Assembly: GCF_006345805.1 (NCBI RefSeq)
Contig: NC_043008.1
Coordinates: 32,612,001 to 32,676,000, forward strand
Length of the DNA: 64,000 nucleotides
Source: Octopus sinensis
Taxonomy: Eukaryota
Direction: 5' to 3'
This document shows positions 1 through 13,585 of this stretch, piece after piece. How positions within the stretch are numbered: the first letter of the stretch is position 1; every line of letters begins with the position of its first letter. The position numbers and the translations under genes are program-made. The notes below the pieces were generated by a model. The model was not told where the DNA came from. It saw only the letters and a program-made list of their open reading frames with translations, and did no database searches.

Positions 1-620
1 ATAAGCTTGTTGGTACTCCATACCAAACTTTGGACACGTTCAACCCTTTCTGTGGTTTGAGCTTGTTGTGTGGAAGTAGAACACCCGTATTTGGTTGGCA
101 CCTAATGGACTGTCAGAATATAAATGGACATGCGCAGAGAGTGTGGCGAGAGTGAGCTGTGTAAAGCCGAGAATTGCGAATCGTCGAATGTAATTACAAG
201 TATTTTGTATCTTGAGTGGAGCGATTTGCGACGACGTTATTTATTATCCCGTTATATCGTACGTCGAACCTGCGATACAACAGTGGCGACGAGGACGAGG
301 ACAATATCGACACTCATACGACAGTGGCGTCGAGGTTTCGAACAGTACCGAGGATTCGAACAATATTGAAACTGAAAATAATACCGAAATGGAAGAGTTT
401 CTGAAACCAGTCGTAAAACAACAATAGAAGCGTCAGCAACAGCTACAGAAGTTAACAGATTTGTTACTTCAGTCGAGAAATACGACAGAATCATTTTCAG
501 CGGACAGTGTTGCAAATCCCATCGAAGAATTTCAGTACAAACCGGATGAAAGAACTACCTTTACCGCGTATTACAGACGATATGAGGACATATTCAGAGA
601 GGAATGCACGGGATGGCCTA
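1..620 (+). mobile_element. Ty3/gypsy-type LTR retrotransposon 5' remnant: LTR end, primer-binding site and start of gag
   Basis: Putative LTR ends ...ATACAACA at 282, followed by PBS-like TGGCGACGAG at 284-293. A gag-like frame starts at ATG 389 (MEEFLKPVVKQQ*...FSADSVANPIEEFQYKPDERTTFTAYYRRYEDIF) with an internal stop and is cut off at ~620 by a LINE fragment. Confidence 0.7.
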
Positions 621-1750
621 GTATTCTCTTTTTGGCTAATCTTCAGCTTTGTTAACATCTGCTGAGCAGCTAATTCCCACAATTGTACACAATTTCTCTT
701 CTCTATCCCAAATCATTATATTACATTTGTTGTGCTTACATTTTATTGAGGTCTTCATTGGGACATTCCACTAGTACTCCATTTTATTATGAATGACTGT
801 GGCTTCTGCCATACTGTGAGTTCTTATCTCTTTGTCCTCAGGGTTATCCTTCTGAAGGATTTCATTACAGAGTGTCCTAGTTATAACCTCATATCTCATC
901 GGTAGATAATACCGTGATGACACCTGCTTATGATGCGGGTGATATCTCCGGTGTTAACTCCACAAAGTCTGCATTAGTTGTCACATTTTACTGCTTTTCC
1001 TTCATCTCTATCCCTTTTGTGCATCAGGTACTTGGTTGATATTCCTTGGATTGCAAACGCGTACCCTTCAAAGTGGGAGGTAGAAATCGACTGCTTTGAT
1101 GGTCAATGTTACTATCATCTCAAAACTTTCTGCTAACATATCCATGCATAGTCTTCTGCTCATATAGGCTCATCCTTTCATCTGATGATACGTTGCCGTA
1201 GAGTCGTGCGACTTCTTTGAGCACGTATTCTTGGTTATCAGACAAAGAATGTTGTTCAAGGAGCTGCCTTCCAAGTTTTGTGATGTTATCTACCTCATGT
1301 ATGCAAACTTGGTTAAGGGATCCCCCTCGACACTTGGTGGTTAAAAGATGTTGCCGAAAGGATATGATACAACATTCAAAGGCATTTTGGATCGATGTCA
1401 AACCCCTGCCACCTTGTTTTCCTTTTAGTTAGAGGAGGCCTACGTCACTGTTTATGTGGAAATTATGTGTGCTTGTTAGTATTTTTCGGGTTTTCACATC
1501 AATGGCTCGAATCTCATCCAATCAAGTAGCCCAAATGTTGATATGAGTACTGGCACTGCAAATACATTGTGGGCCACTGTTTTATTGAATGCAGAGAGGT
1601 TCAAATTCTGAGGTTCAAATTTTCTTTATTCGGCTGTAATATTCTTTAGTGACACGTGTTTTGTTACAGGTGCCATTGTAAGATATGTTTTAACTACCCC
1701 TACATACCTGTAACATTTATCGTCAGATATAGGGGTATCATTGATGGAGA
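621..1750 (-). mobile_element. Degraded non-LTR retrotransposon fragment (R4-like, REL endonuclease type), thumb to C-terminal region
   Basis: Minus strand gives SHFEGYAFAIQG and SIQNAFECCII, matching the 48.6-49.3 kb copy (SVQTAFECHIV...SHFEGYAFAIQEQEIATKYL). Many stops and frameshifts. Confidence 0.7.
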
Positions 1751-2294
1751 TGTTGCTAGTCTGGTTTATAGTTTTCCCCCTTTTCATAACCATATAACAA
1801 CATCGTATGCATGTATGTATGTATGTATTGTTTTTCCTCCAACATTCAGTATATTTAAGCCGCGACTATCTATAAAAACATTATCTTCTTTATTGTTAAG
1901 AGATACTGAGAGAAGACTGTCTGCTTACAACAAAATAATGTAGTTGGATGTGAGATCAGAGTCTCATGAGACAGTAATCCGAAACTTTATTCACTCAGCT
2001 ACTCACTTCATTGTTCCCATTGGTGGCACGGATGTGAGATTTATTTACTTTCAAGTACAATCTGGGGTGTAGGTGATAGATTTACGAAATACTTTTCACT
2101 TCGAAAGCACTTCTTGCTGTTACATCTCAACACAACAGGAATTTATGATGCGACACTTCTACTGCTTACTGTAGTGAACTGTAACTTTTGCGATGGACCA
2201 CTGTGCTATAGAGAATAAAATGCATTTGCCGTGAGCAAATCTTCCCCTAGTCTAGCGCTGAGTATTCAATGCACAGACCTCGCATGAGTTTGTA

Positions 2295-3311
2295 TACATA
2301 CATACATACGTACACACACACAGATACATACATACATACATACATACATACATACATACATACATACATACATACATACATACGTTCGTACGTACGTACA
2401 TACGTATGTATGTAGGTATATGTATTTAAATTGTATTTTGTTTTAATATTTCAAACTTCTGGAAGAAATCATGGTCTTCCTGGAGAGACGAAAAGCAGAA
2501 ATGATAAACAAGTCTATTCACACACAGACATACATACACTCAAATACATACACGCACATACATACACACACATATATGCATACATACATTCATATATGCA
2601 TGCATACATACACAAACGTATACATACGTTCGTACGAACATACGTTCGAACATACATACGTACGTACGAACATACATACATACGTATGTACGTACGAACA
2701 TACATATGTACGTACGTACGAACATACATACGTACGTACGAACATACATACATACGTACGTAGGTACGAACATATATACGTACGTATGTACGAACATACA
2801 TACATACATACATACATACGTACGTACATGCATGCATACATACATACATACGTACGTACATACATACTTACGTACGTACGTACGTACGTACATACATACA
2901 TACATACGTGCATACATACATACATACGTACGTACGTATATACATACATACATACATACATACATACATACGTACGTACGTATATACATACATACATACG
3001 TGCATACATACATACATACGTACGTACGTATATACATACATACATACATAACATACATACATACATCATACATACATACATACATACATACATCATACAT
3101 ACGTGCATACATACATACATACGTACGTACGTATATACATACATACATACATACATACATACATACATACGTACGTACGTACATACATACATACATACGT
3201 GCATACATACATACATACGTACGTACGTATATACATACATACATACATACATACATACATACATACATACATACATACATACATACATACATACATACAT
3301 AATACATACAT
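2295..3311. repeat. Compound (TACA)n/(TACG)n microsatellite
   Basis: Directly visible. It produces the spurious HTYI/MYVC ORFs. Confidence 0.95.
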
Positions 3312-3967
3312 AGAAGTTAAAACTTGGAGACATATTAACCCTCACCATTGTCTCTTCCAATAGTGATATAGTCTTTTTCAATCTGTTTTGGAAAAAAAAC
3401 GAAAAACAGAAGGAGCGGCTTAACCCCGCCGCAAGCAGCCTTTGACTATCTACGAATCCTCTGAAGCGCTCGTTGCCGAAGTACGTTCATGGACCAACTC
3501 TCCAAGCTCGAGGGAAATAACATCATGAGATTTGGAAAGAGTTTTCTCGGATGTGACTGACTGATCATCATAGATACACATCCAGGGAAGTTTCACAGTT
3601 TCACCGCAACAGATTAAGAAAACAATGAATTTCTGTTTCTCAACACAATCCCATGCATATCAATATTGCCAGAAATCTTCAGAAAGATATTAAAATAGAA
3701 AAGTAGTTTATATTGAACCAACAATCGTTATATTAGCTTTTGCATTGAAGTATATGCTCCTGCAATCCAAGAATAGAATGCAGAAATGACTGTGGATGCA
3801 AGTGAAACATTTGTATATGATAGACGTTGCTGATTCTATGGAATTAACAGCAAAGATATGACTGCGGGACTTAGACCGAACATGTTACACATTAATATCG
3901 ACCTATGTGCTATATATGTAGTAACCAAAACAATATACAACGCAAATGGTGCTGAATCTCAAAATAT

Positions 3968-4220
3968 ATGCGGTCCCCAACCATCGGATCGCAGACCAGT
4001 ACTGGGCCGTGGACCAGTACTAGGCACCGGGCCGCATTAATTAATTTTTAAATTTTACTTTTATTTCATTGACTTCAAAGTGTTTTTGCATTATACATGT
4101 ATTACATATGTAATATATATGTTTTATATTTGTAATAATTCAATTATATATAATGCACTTAATTGTTTTGTTATACGCGAGATTCCCCGGTCCGTGGTGG
4201 GAAAAGGTTGGGTACCGTTG
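3968..4220. mobile_element. hAT-like (Charlie-type) MITE
   Basis: Terminal inverted repeats GCGGTCCCCAACC at the left and GGTTGGGTACCGTTG at the right, with AT-rich non-coding interior. Confidence 0.6.
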
Positions 4221-4280
4221 ATGCAGCGGATATGCTCACCTATATGAATGAATACTGCTGGAGTGTTCTTTCCAAACTGT

Positions 4281-4665
4281 GGAGTGGAAGCACTCCGTCG
4301 GTTACGACGACGAGGGTTCCGGTTGATCCGACCAACGGAACAGCCTGCTCGTGAAATTAACGTGTAAGTGGCTGAGCACTCCACTGACACGCGTACCCTT
4401 AACGTAGTTCTCGGGGATATTCAGCGTGACACAGAGAGTGACAAGGCTGGCCCTTTGAAATACAGGTACAACAGAAACAGGAAGTAAGAGTGAGGGAAAG
4501 TTGTGGTGAAAGAGTACAGCAGGGATCACCACCATCCCTGCCGGAGCCTCATGGAGCTTTAGGTGTTTTCACTCAATAAACACTCACAACGCCCGGTCTG
4601 GGAATCGAAACCGCGATCCTACGACCGCGTTTCCGCTACCCTAACCACTGGGCCATTGCGCCTCC
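4281..4665 (-). mobile_element. Full-length tRNA-derived SINE with target-site duplication
   Basis: Minus-strand head GGAGGCGCAATGGCCCAGTGGTTAGG (A box) and GGTTTCGATTCCC (B box). 11-bp TSD TTCCAAACTGT at 4270-4280 and 4666-4676. Confidence 0.85.
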
Positions 4666-6635
4666 TTCCAAACTGTAGGCACAACAGGCATGATGCAATG
4701 GCACAGGACGGAGAACAGAAGGTGCGCACTACAGTAAAATTCAGTTGTTCAGCAATCGTTAATATTAAATATCAAAATGTTAGACATAAAAGAAAAGGGA
4801 AATATCTACATCAAATTAAAAGAGAAATCTAACGGTACTACTCCCGGACTATAGTTTTCGATTTAGATTTCTGATTAGAGAGGAACGTTGTTTCATATCT
4901 ACCCGTGTTAGTATCAATCTTGAGAAGTTCTACTCCACAAAACTAGGAAGGGTGCAGCTCCTTAGGAAATTACAACTACAAACCATGAACCGAACTGTGA
5001 AAATATTTCAAGAATTATAAAATTTTAATCTATAGCATGTACTTGTATACACGTATAGACATACAAGCATCTGTATATACACACATATATAAGACATTAT
5101 GTGATCAATATGAGGGACTATCTATTTATGTCCGATGATGACCATTTTGAACATTAATGCCCCCATTATCTACCTTGTTAAATGATTTGTTATTCTTCGG
5201 ATCGCATTCATTTATTCGTGTTCGTTTCAATATTTGTCTTAAATATGAATTGGTCATACGAAGAATCACAAAAAATAACAGAGCTTGAAATGACAGCAGA
5301 ATGGACAAAATTGGAAAGAATCGATGAAAAAACAACATCGACAAAGGTAAACGGAATGCTATTAGTCAGAGTTAGAGAAGAAATCGAAGTTATAAAGTGC
5401 ATTTTTCTTGGTGTTGTAAACATGGTAATGACTTACGTCGAAGCTATTCAATAGTTAAAAGAGGAAAAAAAAACGCATCCTTGTGTTGCTTATCTGAATA
5501 GAATGAAATTATACTTGGTCGAACTTCGCCCTGAGCTAAATTATTTCACGACAAAACAATTATTATAGAAAACGATATTGCTTAAACACAACAGAAAGAT
5601 TGTTGATTGTAATTTCATTTCTCAAAGTGGGAACAATGCACAAATAATAGTAAACAGACATATTTCCCGAATACATATATCTAGAGTATGTATGGGTCTA
5701 CGTGTGCAATAAACCAGACCCGACTGTCACGACATTTGCCTGGCCTATGACTAAAGCAGTAACCACAGTAATTATATGTATTATGGAATGGGAGATATAA
5801 ATAACTGGTATGTCTTCTTAATAAAATGTTTCAAGAAAAGACTACTTTGTTTTTGAAACTCCCATAGCAAAACCGATAAGTCGTTAGGGCTGATAAGCGA
5901 TCCACTGAGTCAATGCTGCCAGTATTTAGCAATAACAACCGAACATATTTACATCTGAGTAATGGCACTAGAAGTCAAGCGTTAAACAAAGGCAATATAA
6001 TAAAAAAAAAATGTAATCGTAGATTTGGAAGTCAGTAAAAATGATCTCTGGTCCACGGCAGATTATCAGCTACCAGGTGATATTCATCAAATGCAAACAA
6101 CACTCATCATTGCCAAAAACTGAAAAATAAAAATGAAAAGTTGGCCACTAGTATAGATTTATATGTGATTCTGAAACCCGAGTTGAAAGCTATTAGCGAG
6201 ACGCTCCGTCTCAGAAGAGAGTAACTTAAAAATGATTAACCCAGGATGTCGTAAATCTAGAAGAAATCTAAGATTCATTCATCTAAAAGATACTGTCTGA
6301 AAATGTCATCACGATATTAAAAACCCACAAGTTATGATGTAGTGATCAGAAAACGGTACATTGCAACCCGTAGGAAGTATAGTCTTGAAGCTCAAAATAT
6401 ATAAGAAGTCTAAGTGATTTATAGGATGCAGTTTACCTATTAAATATAAGAAAACTGACGGAAAGTCCGTGTAAAAATTTCTGAAAAAATATAAACACAT
6501 CAGACGAAGCTTAAAGATCTGCGGAGAAAAAAAAACAGTTGCAGAAATCAATTGTCATGTAAACGTTATTATAAAAGCAAAAGAGTATATTTATAGATTT
6601 TATAAAAAGATACACATAAGCACCCTGTCTCTATG

Positions 6636-6775
6636 CAGGCGTAGGCATGGCTGTGTGGTAATAAGTCATCTTCTCAATCACATGGTTCCGGGTTTAGTTT
6701 GACTGTGTAGCACTTTGGACACGTGTGTTCAACTATAGCCTTGGGCCGCCCATATCTTTGTGAGTACATTTCTAG
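6636..6775 (+). mobile_element. tRNA-derived CORE-like SINE (family B), 5' part
   Basis: GGCATGGCTGTGTGGTAA...CACATGGTTCCGGGTTTAGT head shared with copies at 17864, 42117, 45530, 47405 and 59203. Confidence 0.75.
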
Positions 6776-6917
6776 TGTTCATACTGCTTCTGCCGCTGTT
6801 AGTTATTTCTCTATATGCCCACTAGCCATTTGTGACATCAGCGTCAGAATAAACATTGATATTATACACATGCACGCACACGCGCACACACACACACACA
6901 CACACACACCGCACGCA

Positions 6918-6949
<32 letters not shown>

Positions 6950-6959
6950 CATATATGTA

Positions 6960-7027
<68 letters not shown>

Positions 7028-7851
7028 ATATATAAATATTTATATATATGTGATATATATATATATATATATATTGTGTGTGTGTGTGTGTGTGTGCATG
7101 TATGCAATGATATTTACACGTTGGTATAGATTCGAACGCGAGAAGATATTTTGCTGTGGAAATAGTCATAAGAGAAAGTTCTCCTCGTAGACAACTTGAG
7201 TGAAAAGCTTCATGGGATCGCGTGACGCATGCGTTTCTACATTGCATTGTTAATGCAACATCAGTCTTGAATACAGAATTCATACACTCCACATTCGCAG
7301 TTGATGACTTATAATAACGTAGACACTTGTGGGTTCCTCGATCTGATGAGAGCATTCACAATCCAAATGTGTTTTCATACATGTTCTCTAAGGAGAAATA
7401 TACCCTGAAAGCAGTTTCAAGACCTTCTGCAGTATATCTGAATAAGAATAGTATACAAAATGCTATTCTGAACTAATACCACTTCCATCGCTCATAACGA
7501 ATATTATCCACCCTACCAGCTAATTGTGGTTAGTGATTTGTTAATCACTTATTTTTTCCTATATCAGTAAAGGTTAAATTTGTCTTAGCAGGTGGTCGCT
7601 AATAAATAATTGTTATTGATGGCATTCAAAAAAAAAAAAAAAAAAACTAAATACGCGTATTCGAGTATTCCATCACCACTGCGTCGATGCGAGACAGTTA
7701 TGGTCAGCTATTTTTATTTCTGTATCTTTAGCATTTTATATCTATACGAAATCCTTTCGTGAGACGAATATTGCAGTTTCAAGTCTTTCTACAGTGTATC
7801 TGACTTAAGTATTATACACAGAACTACAAACACAACACACACACACACACA

Positions 7852-7903
<52 letters not shown>

Positions 7904-8208
7904 ACACACACACACACACATGCACACCTATGCACATACGCATGCACACGCACATACATACACGCGCAAAAACATATATATTCACATATACACACATGTA
8001 TGCTTATATACATATATATACACACACATACATAGAAACAAATTCCTAAAAGAATAAAGCTAACACATGCGAATAAATCGTTGTATAGACAAAAAAACTC
8101 TTCATAAGCAAGCACTCACACATAGATAGACAAGTATTTGTGCGTTTATGTGTATCCATGCCTTTTTATACATTACATATGTATATACCCATATACACAT
8201 GTATGCAT

Positions 8209-8242
<34 letters not shown>

Positions 8243-8559
8243 ATGTATTATGTATGTATGTATTATGTATGTATGTATGTATGTATGTATGTATGTATGT
8301 ATGTATGTATGTATGTATGTATGTATATTATGTACATATAATGGAGATTGGATGGGAATAGCGACTCTTCTATTATCCAAATGAGTCCTTTTGTATGAAC
8401 ATCACGTACTGTATTGGTTACGGTTCTGCTTCTGGAAACAATTATGGTACAGTCGACAATGCTCTCTTGCCCTGCCAATTCGGTCAATATTTATCTATCC
8501 ATCCATCTATCTATTTATCTATCTTTCTTTCTGCCTGCCTGTCTTTACGTCTCTCTGTA

Positions 8560-8985
<426 letters not shown>

Positions 8986-9249
8986 GTGTGTGCATATGTG
9001 TTTGTGCGTGTATGTGTATAGGTATAAAAGATAAGATGTTGTGTTATTTTAACAAAAATATTAAAGATACTAATTATTTGCCAAATATTGATTTTTTTCA
9101 GCTGCCAATACTTTTTAAGTTTGATTACATCGAGCTAATTAATCAATCGATTAATTAATTTGCTTCTTTACTGTATATCTTGAACCATTTGACAACAAAG
9201 GTGCAAAGAACTGATACTAGTCAGATTTTAACTGGTACACAATAAAATA

Positions 9250-9462
9250 CGAGGGTGCGCTGAAAAGTTTTTGGCTTTGGGTAAAAGGAAATAAAGGGAA
9301 ATCAATTAATTATGATTTTATTCAAAATAATCCCCTCTCAGATTCACACATTTATTGCAACTGTCCTTCAGTTTTTCTAAGCCCAGTAAAAGAATTCAAA
9401 AGTTTGGGTCTCCAACAAGCCCTTTCGCGATATCCTTAAAGGAACTTTTCAGCAACCTCTTG
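9250..9462 (-). mobile_element. Mariner-derived MITE (~213 bp)
   Basis: TA flanks. TIRs CGAGGGTGCGCTGAAAAGTT and GGAACTTTTCAGCAACCTCTTG. Minus strand retains a mariner transposase C-terminus (EKLKDSCNKCVNLRGDYFE*). Twin copy at 62084-62295. Confidence 0.8.
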
Positions 9463-9941
9463 TAAATTCTCTTTATTGTCTGAAAAAAAAAATGAAAGAA
9501 CTGTGTGCAACTTTTTTTTCTAACTTTAATGTTACAGTGCATTGACGAGGTGGTTATTAATATGTCACTATATTTTTCTGATTTCAATAAGTTTCGATCT
9601 TCACTTTAAGACTATTACGTACACAAGACTGACAGGCATATTTGCGTCCGAATCTACTGGAATATATCAAAAATAAATATGCAAATCATCATTTAAATTG
9701 TCGCTGTACATAGTGGAAATTACAATTTTTAATTGGTTGGTAGATATCAAGACTGATTAGCAATCAATTTGTTCGCTGAAATAATAAACAAATCCATTGA
9801 CTTGTTTTGGCTCAAAAGTCGCAGTACTTCTGGGTGACGAGATACTACATCCCGAAAAACTGAGGTCCCAGAATACTTTGCACCAATGAGTCGAGCATAT
9901 TATGGACATATTGTTGAAGTAACAATATGTCCATGAAGTAT

Positions 9942-10394
9942 GACTAACATATTTACGCTTGAATAAACCGGAACGTATTAAGAATAGATATGTAAATCGT
10001 CGTTATCTTAACAGGGATTCATTTCGTAACATTTTCATTGAGTTTTATAATGATTTTGTTTTCAAAATTTTATTTTTATTTTTACCATGCAATAAATTGT
10101 ATATATATTTACGAAAGAATTTTTGAAGGATTACTCTTTCCAAAACAACAAAAATATACTCTGTCTAGAGAGTATCAAAGGTGTTAACTGTTTTGCAAAG
10201 TTCTTTACAAAACATGGAGGTACATAGGATATTTAAAACCAATTACAATTGCAAAGGCACATCAATATTTTTTGTGCTAGTTTGTCAAAATTAGATACGT
10301 TTTTAAATGTCAAAAATAACCAAATTGGCGCTTTTCGTTTGCTTTGATTCATTCTTAAAACGTTCCGGTATATTCGAACGTAAATATGCTAATC
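9942..10394. mobile_element. MITE-like element with ~45-bp imperfect terminal inverted repeats
   Basis: GACTAACATATTTACGCTTGAATAAACCGGAACGTATTAAGAAT (9942-9985) is the approximate reverse complement of ATTCTTAAAACGTTCCGGTATATTCGAACGTAAATATGCTAATC (10351-10394). Confidence 0.6.
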
Positions 10395-11459
10395 GCTGTT
10401 GTATTTCGTCACTGGAGATCAACTTCCTACAAACGAATATATTTTCATAACACAATCAATTCATTAGCATAAGGAAAATTTAGGACGACTGTTGTTTCGA
10501 CATAGTTGTACCTTCTCAGCCATAGCTACTCCGGACTAATGAGTCTAACAACATTGTGGCTCTTGCTTATAACTTCAGCAAAATAAAGAAAAAAATCAAA
10601 TGCTTATGCGTGCTTTTATCTTTCAAATAATTATTTATTAATGTAAACTAGTTTTCTATCAATTATATTACTAGAAATATCACATGTTTGAACGTTTTAT
10701 TAATTTTATAATCAATGAAATGAGATGACTTTTATATTTTTATGAAACAGTTTTAATGTTAAAGTACAGCTTTGAATAAGCTTCTATCTGATTTGCTCCA
10801 GTAATTTCCAGTTTGATCTCCACTGCATCACAATGAATAAAATACAACTGACAACTATTGATTTCGTACTGTATTACCGAATTTTTAAATCTGAAAGGTA
10901 TGATTTGAATAAGTTTTAACTGATATTTCCAACATTTCGAACGGCTTTATAGAGCTTTCCTATTAGATTCGCGACCTGTCGTTTATTGAGAATGGTGCAA
11001 ACGTATAACGACATATACCTGAGTATGATGAAATCATCATCACTGTTATTGTTGTTTACTTATTTTGGCGAAGCAAAATGGAAATGTTCCGCAGACGAAC
11101 GTTGTCTTGTACGAAAAATTGTGACTATGAAAGAAATCAATAGTCTGCTAAAGAAATCGATAATAGTTGAGTAAGAAGGCAAATAGTGGAAGGAGTTAGA
11201 AACGGTTCCATGATTATGTATTATATTTTGTGCATTTTTATTTTTATTCGTTGTTATTATTCTTATTAATTTCATCGTCGTTATAATCATCGTCGTTGTC
11301 ATCATAGTCGTGATCATAATTGTCGTCGTCATCGTTATTGTCGTCATCATTGTCATCACCATCCGCCTCCTCATCCTCCTCATTATCATCATCGACGTCA
11401 CCGTCATTGTCTTCGTCATCGTTGTGGTCTTCATCATCATCGTCGTCGTCGTCGTTGTC

Positions 11460-11637
11460 ATCATGCTTAGTGGCATTTCTTCCGGTTTTATGTTCTGAGT
11501 TCAAATTCCGATAAGATTGACTATTCTTTTCAATCTTTCGAGATCGATAAAATAAGAACCAACTGAGCACTGAGGTCGATGTAATCCAGTTACCCCTCCC
11601 TCGAAATTGCTGGCATTCTGCCAAAATTTGAAACCAT
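11460..11637 (+). mobile_element. tRNA-derived SINE (family A), degraded
   Basis: ATGCTTAGTGGCATTTC...TTCTGAGTTCAAATTCCG...GGTCGATGTAATC...GCCAAAATTTGAAACC, shared with many copies in the window. Confidence 0.75.
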
Positions 11638-11679
11638 TATTATTACTATTATTATTGCATTTTATTATCATCATCATTA

Positions 11680-13432
11680 TTATTGCCTTTGCACAGCTTC
11701 TAACGATGGAGATGTACTACAGTGTCAGCTGTTCACTACCTATGAACTAATGTAACACCTCTTATTTTTCGAGTACATTCCGGAGTATTCGAGCAGTTCC
11801 AAGCAGTGCTTTTTTCTGCAAGTTCTTCACCCTTATTGCAACCCCTATTTGTTCCATGTACTTTTCGAGATTTTTGTTCACTGTTCCCAGGGCTCCGACA
11901 ATTATTGGTACCATTGCTACCTTTTTCATCGACCACAGCTACTTAACTTCCCAAGCTAACCTATCATATCTCTCGACTTTTCTTTCTTCCTTATCGCATA
12001 CCTTGTGGTCAGTTAGGCATGCTACATCTATGATCCAGCATAGTTTTTCTTTCTCAATTAAGACTATGTCCGGCTTCCTATTCTCTGTCTCATGGTCGCA
12101 CTGAATCATAAAATCCCATAGGATCTTTGCATTTCTATTTTCAACGATGCCTTCAGGTTTGTCGTCGTACCAATTTTTTGCTCTGTCAAATCCATACTTG
12201 TTAAAAAGTGTCCAATGAACAAGCCTGGCTATATTGTCGTGACGTCTCTTATATTCCTTCGGGGCTAGTGGCGTACATTGGCTGGTAATATGCCATACGG
12301 TTTCACCGTTTTGTCCACAGATTCTGCACTTATCACTTTCTGCTGTTTTGTCTATTCTGTATTTGATGTAATTGGTTTTTAATGCTTACTCTTGGACAGC
12401 ACAAATTAGAGCATCCGTTTCCAGTTTTAAATCACTTTAAGTCATCCATAGCCATCTTTTCCCTCTGTGTGTCTTATCTTCAACATCCCAATGAAATTGT
12501 CCATCTATTCTTTTCTTTACCCACCTACTTTCAGTTTCATTCATTCTCAAATCCTTGTACAGTGCTTTATCTTTACAATTTTTCATCCTACACAAACCTG
12601 ACCTTCTTACTTCTAATAATGGCGGTTTTGTGGCATTTTTTACATACCATGCTATGTTGTTTTCTTCTGCTCTAATGCTGTGTTCTCATCCAATAGGTCA
12701 TCTTCCCCCTCTTTTTCTTGGTACATACAGTCTGTCTGTTTCACTTTTTGGGTGGAATGACCCATATCTACTTATCAACTTCCTTGTCTTTCTGTCTAAA
12801 CTGTTTAGTTCGTCTACTGTCCATGCGATTACCTCTGCTCCATATCTACGGTGTGAAACCGCCCAGGCGTTGATTGCTTCGATCTTATTCCGTCCGTTTA
12901 ATTTTGACTTAAGGATCAGTCTCAGTCTGCGCAAGTACTCCAGCTTAAATTTCTTTCTCCATCAATTTATCCATTTCCAAAATCTCCAAGTACTTATAGC
13001 CCGTCTCTTCTATCTACTTCATAACCTCTCCCGACGGTATCGTTAGCCCGTCCATACATTTGATTTTGCCTCTCTTCAATACTAACAAACCACACTTTCT
13101 CAGTCCGAACTCCATTCTGATATCAGCACTGAAGCTAGACACCGTATCAACGAGAGAACTGACATGGGCTTCATCTTTACCATAAAGTTTGAGGTCATCC
13201 ATGAATAACAAATGGTTGACTTTTTGTTGGCGGCTTTTGAATACATACCCAGCTTTTGCTTTCCTCAGAATCCGTGTTAGTGATATCAAGAACAGTACAA
13301 AGATTAGTGGGGACTGGCAGTCCACTTGGAAGATACCCCTCCTAATTTGTACTGTCCCTAAACTTCTTCCGTATGCTCTCAGGTGCCTCCTCTAATTCGC
13401 CATACTTTTTCCAAGCAATCTCTCAATATTCA
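11680..13432 (-). mobile_element. 5'-truncated R4/Dong-type LINE (RT C-half, thumb, CCHC, REL endonuclease)
   Basis: Minus-strand VNHLLFMDDLKLYG...MEFGLRKC (RT), LILKSKLNGRNKIEAINAWAV...LYVPRKRGGR (thumb), and CRICGQNGETVWHI/RHD motifs. The 3' end abuts a (TAA)n-like tract. Confidence 0.85.
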
Positions 13433-13437
13433 ATACA

Positions 13438-13518
13438 GTTGTTGTTGTTGTTGTTGTTGTTGTTCTTCTTCTTCTTCTTCTTCTTCTTCTTCTTCTTCTT
13501 CTTCTTCTCTTCTTCTTC

Positions 13519-13583
<65 letters not shown>
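13438..13583. repeat. Compound (GTT)n-(CTT)n-(ATT)n microsatellite
   Basis: Directly visible. Confidence 0.95.

Positions 13584-13585
<2 letters not shown>

Noticed and set aside
2431-3381. Long ORFs of HTYI/MYVC repeats, and similar ORFs throughout the window
   Set aside because: Translations of (TACA)n, (TA)n and (CA)n microsatellites, which lack stop codons by composition.
4590-4665. Possible tRNA gene (also 35515-35590)
   Set aside because: A and B boxes are present, but they run into SINE bodies. The 4281-4665 copy has a TSD. No clean cloverleaf with a terminator.
7100-7440. Non-repetitive part of ORF 6822-7355 (minus) as an exon
   Set aside because: All three frames from the nearest good acceptor hit stops before this ORF, and the peptide is unrecognised.
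9902-9934. Perfect 14-bp hairpin ATGGACATATTGTT-gaagt-AACAATATGTCCAT
   Set aside because: Real but short. No context supports a terminator, Helitron end or RNA gene.
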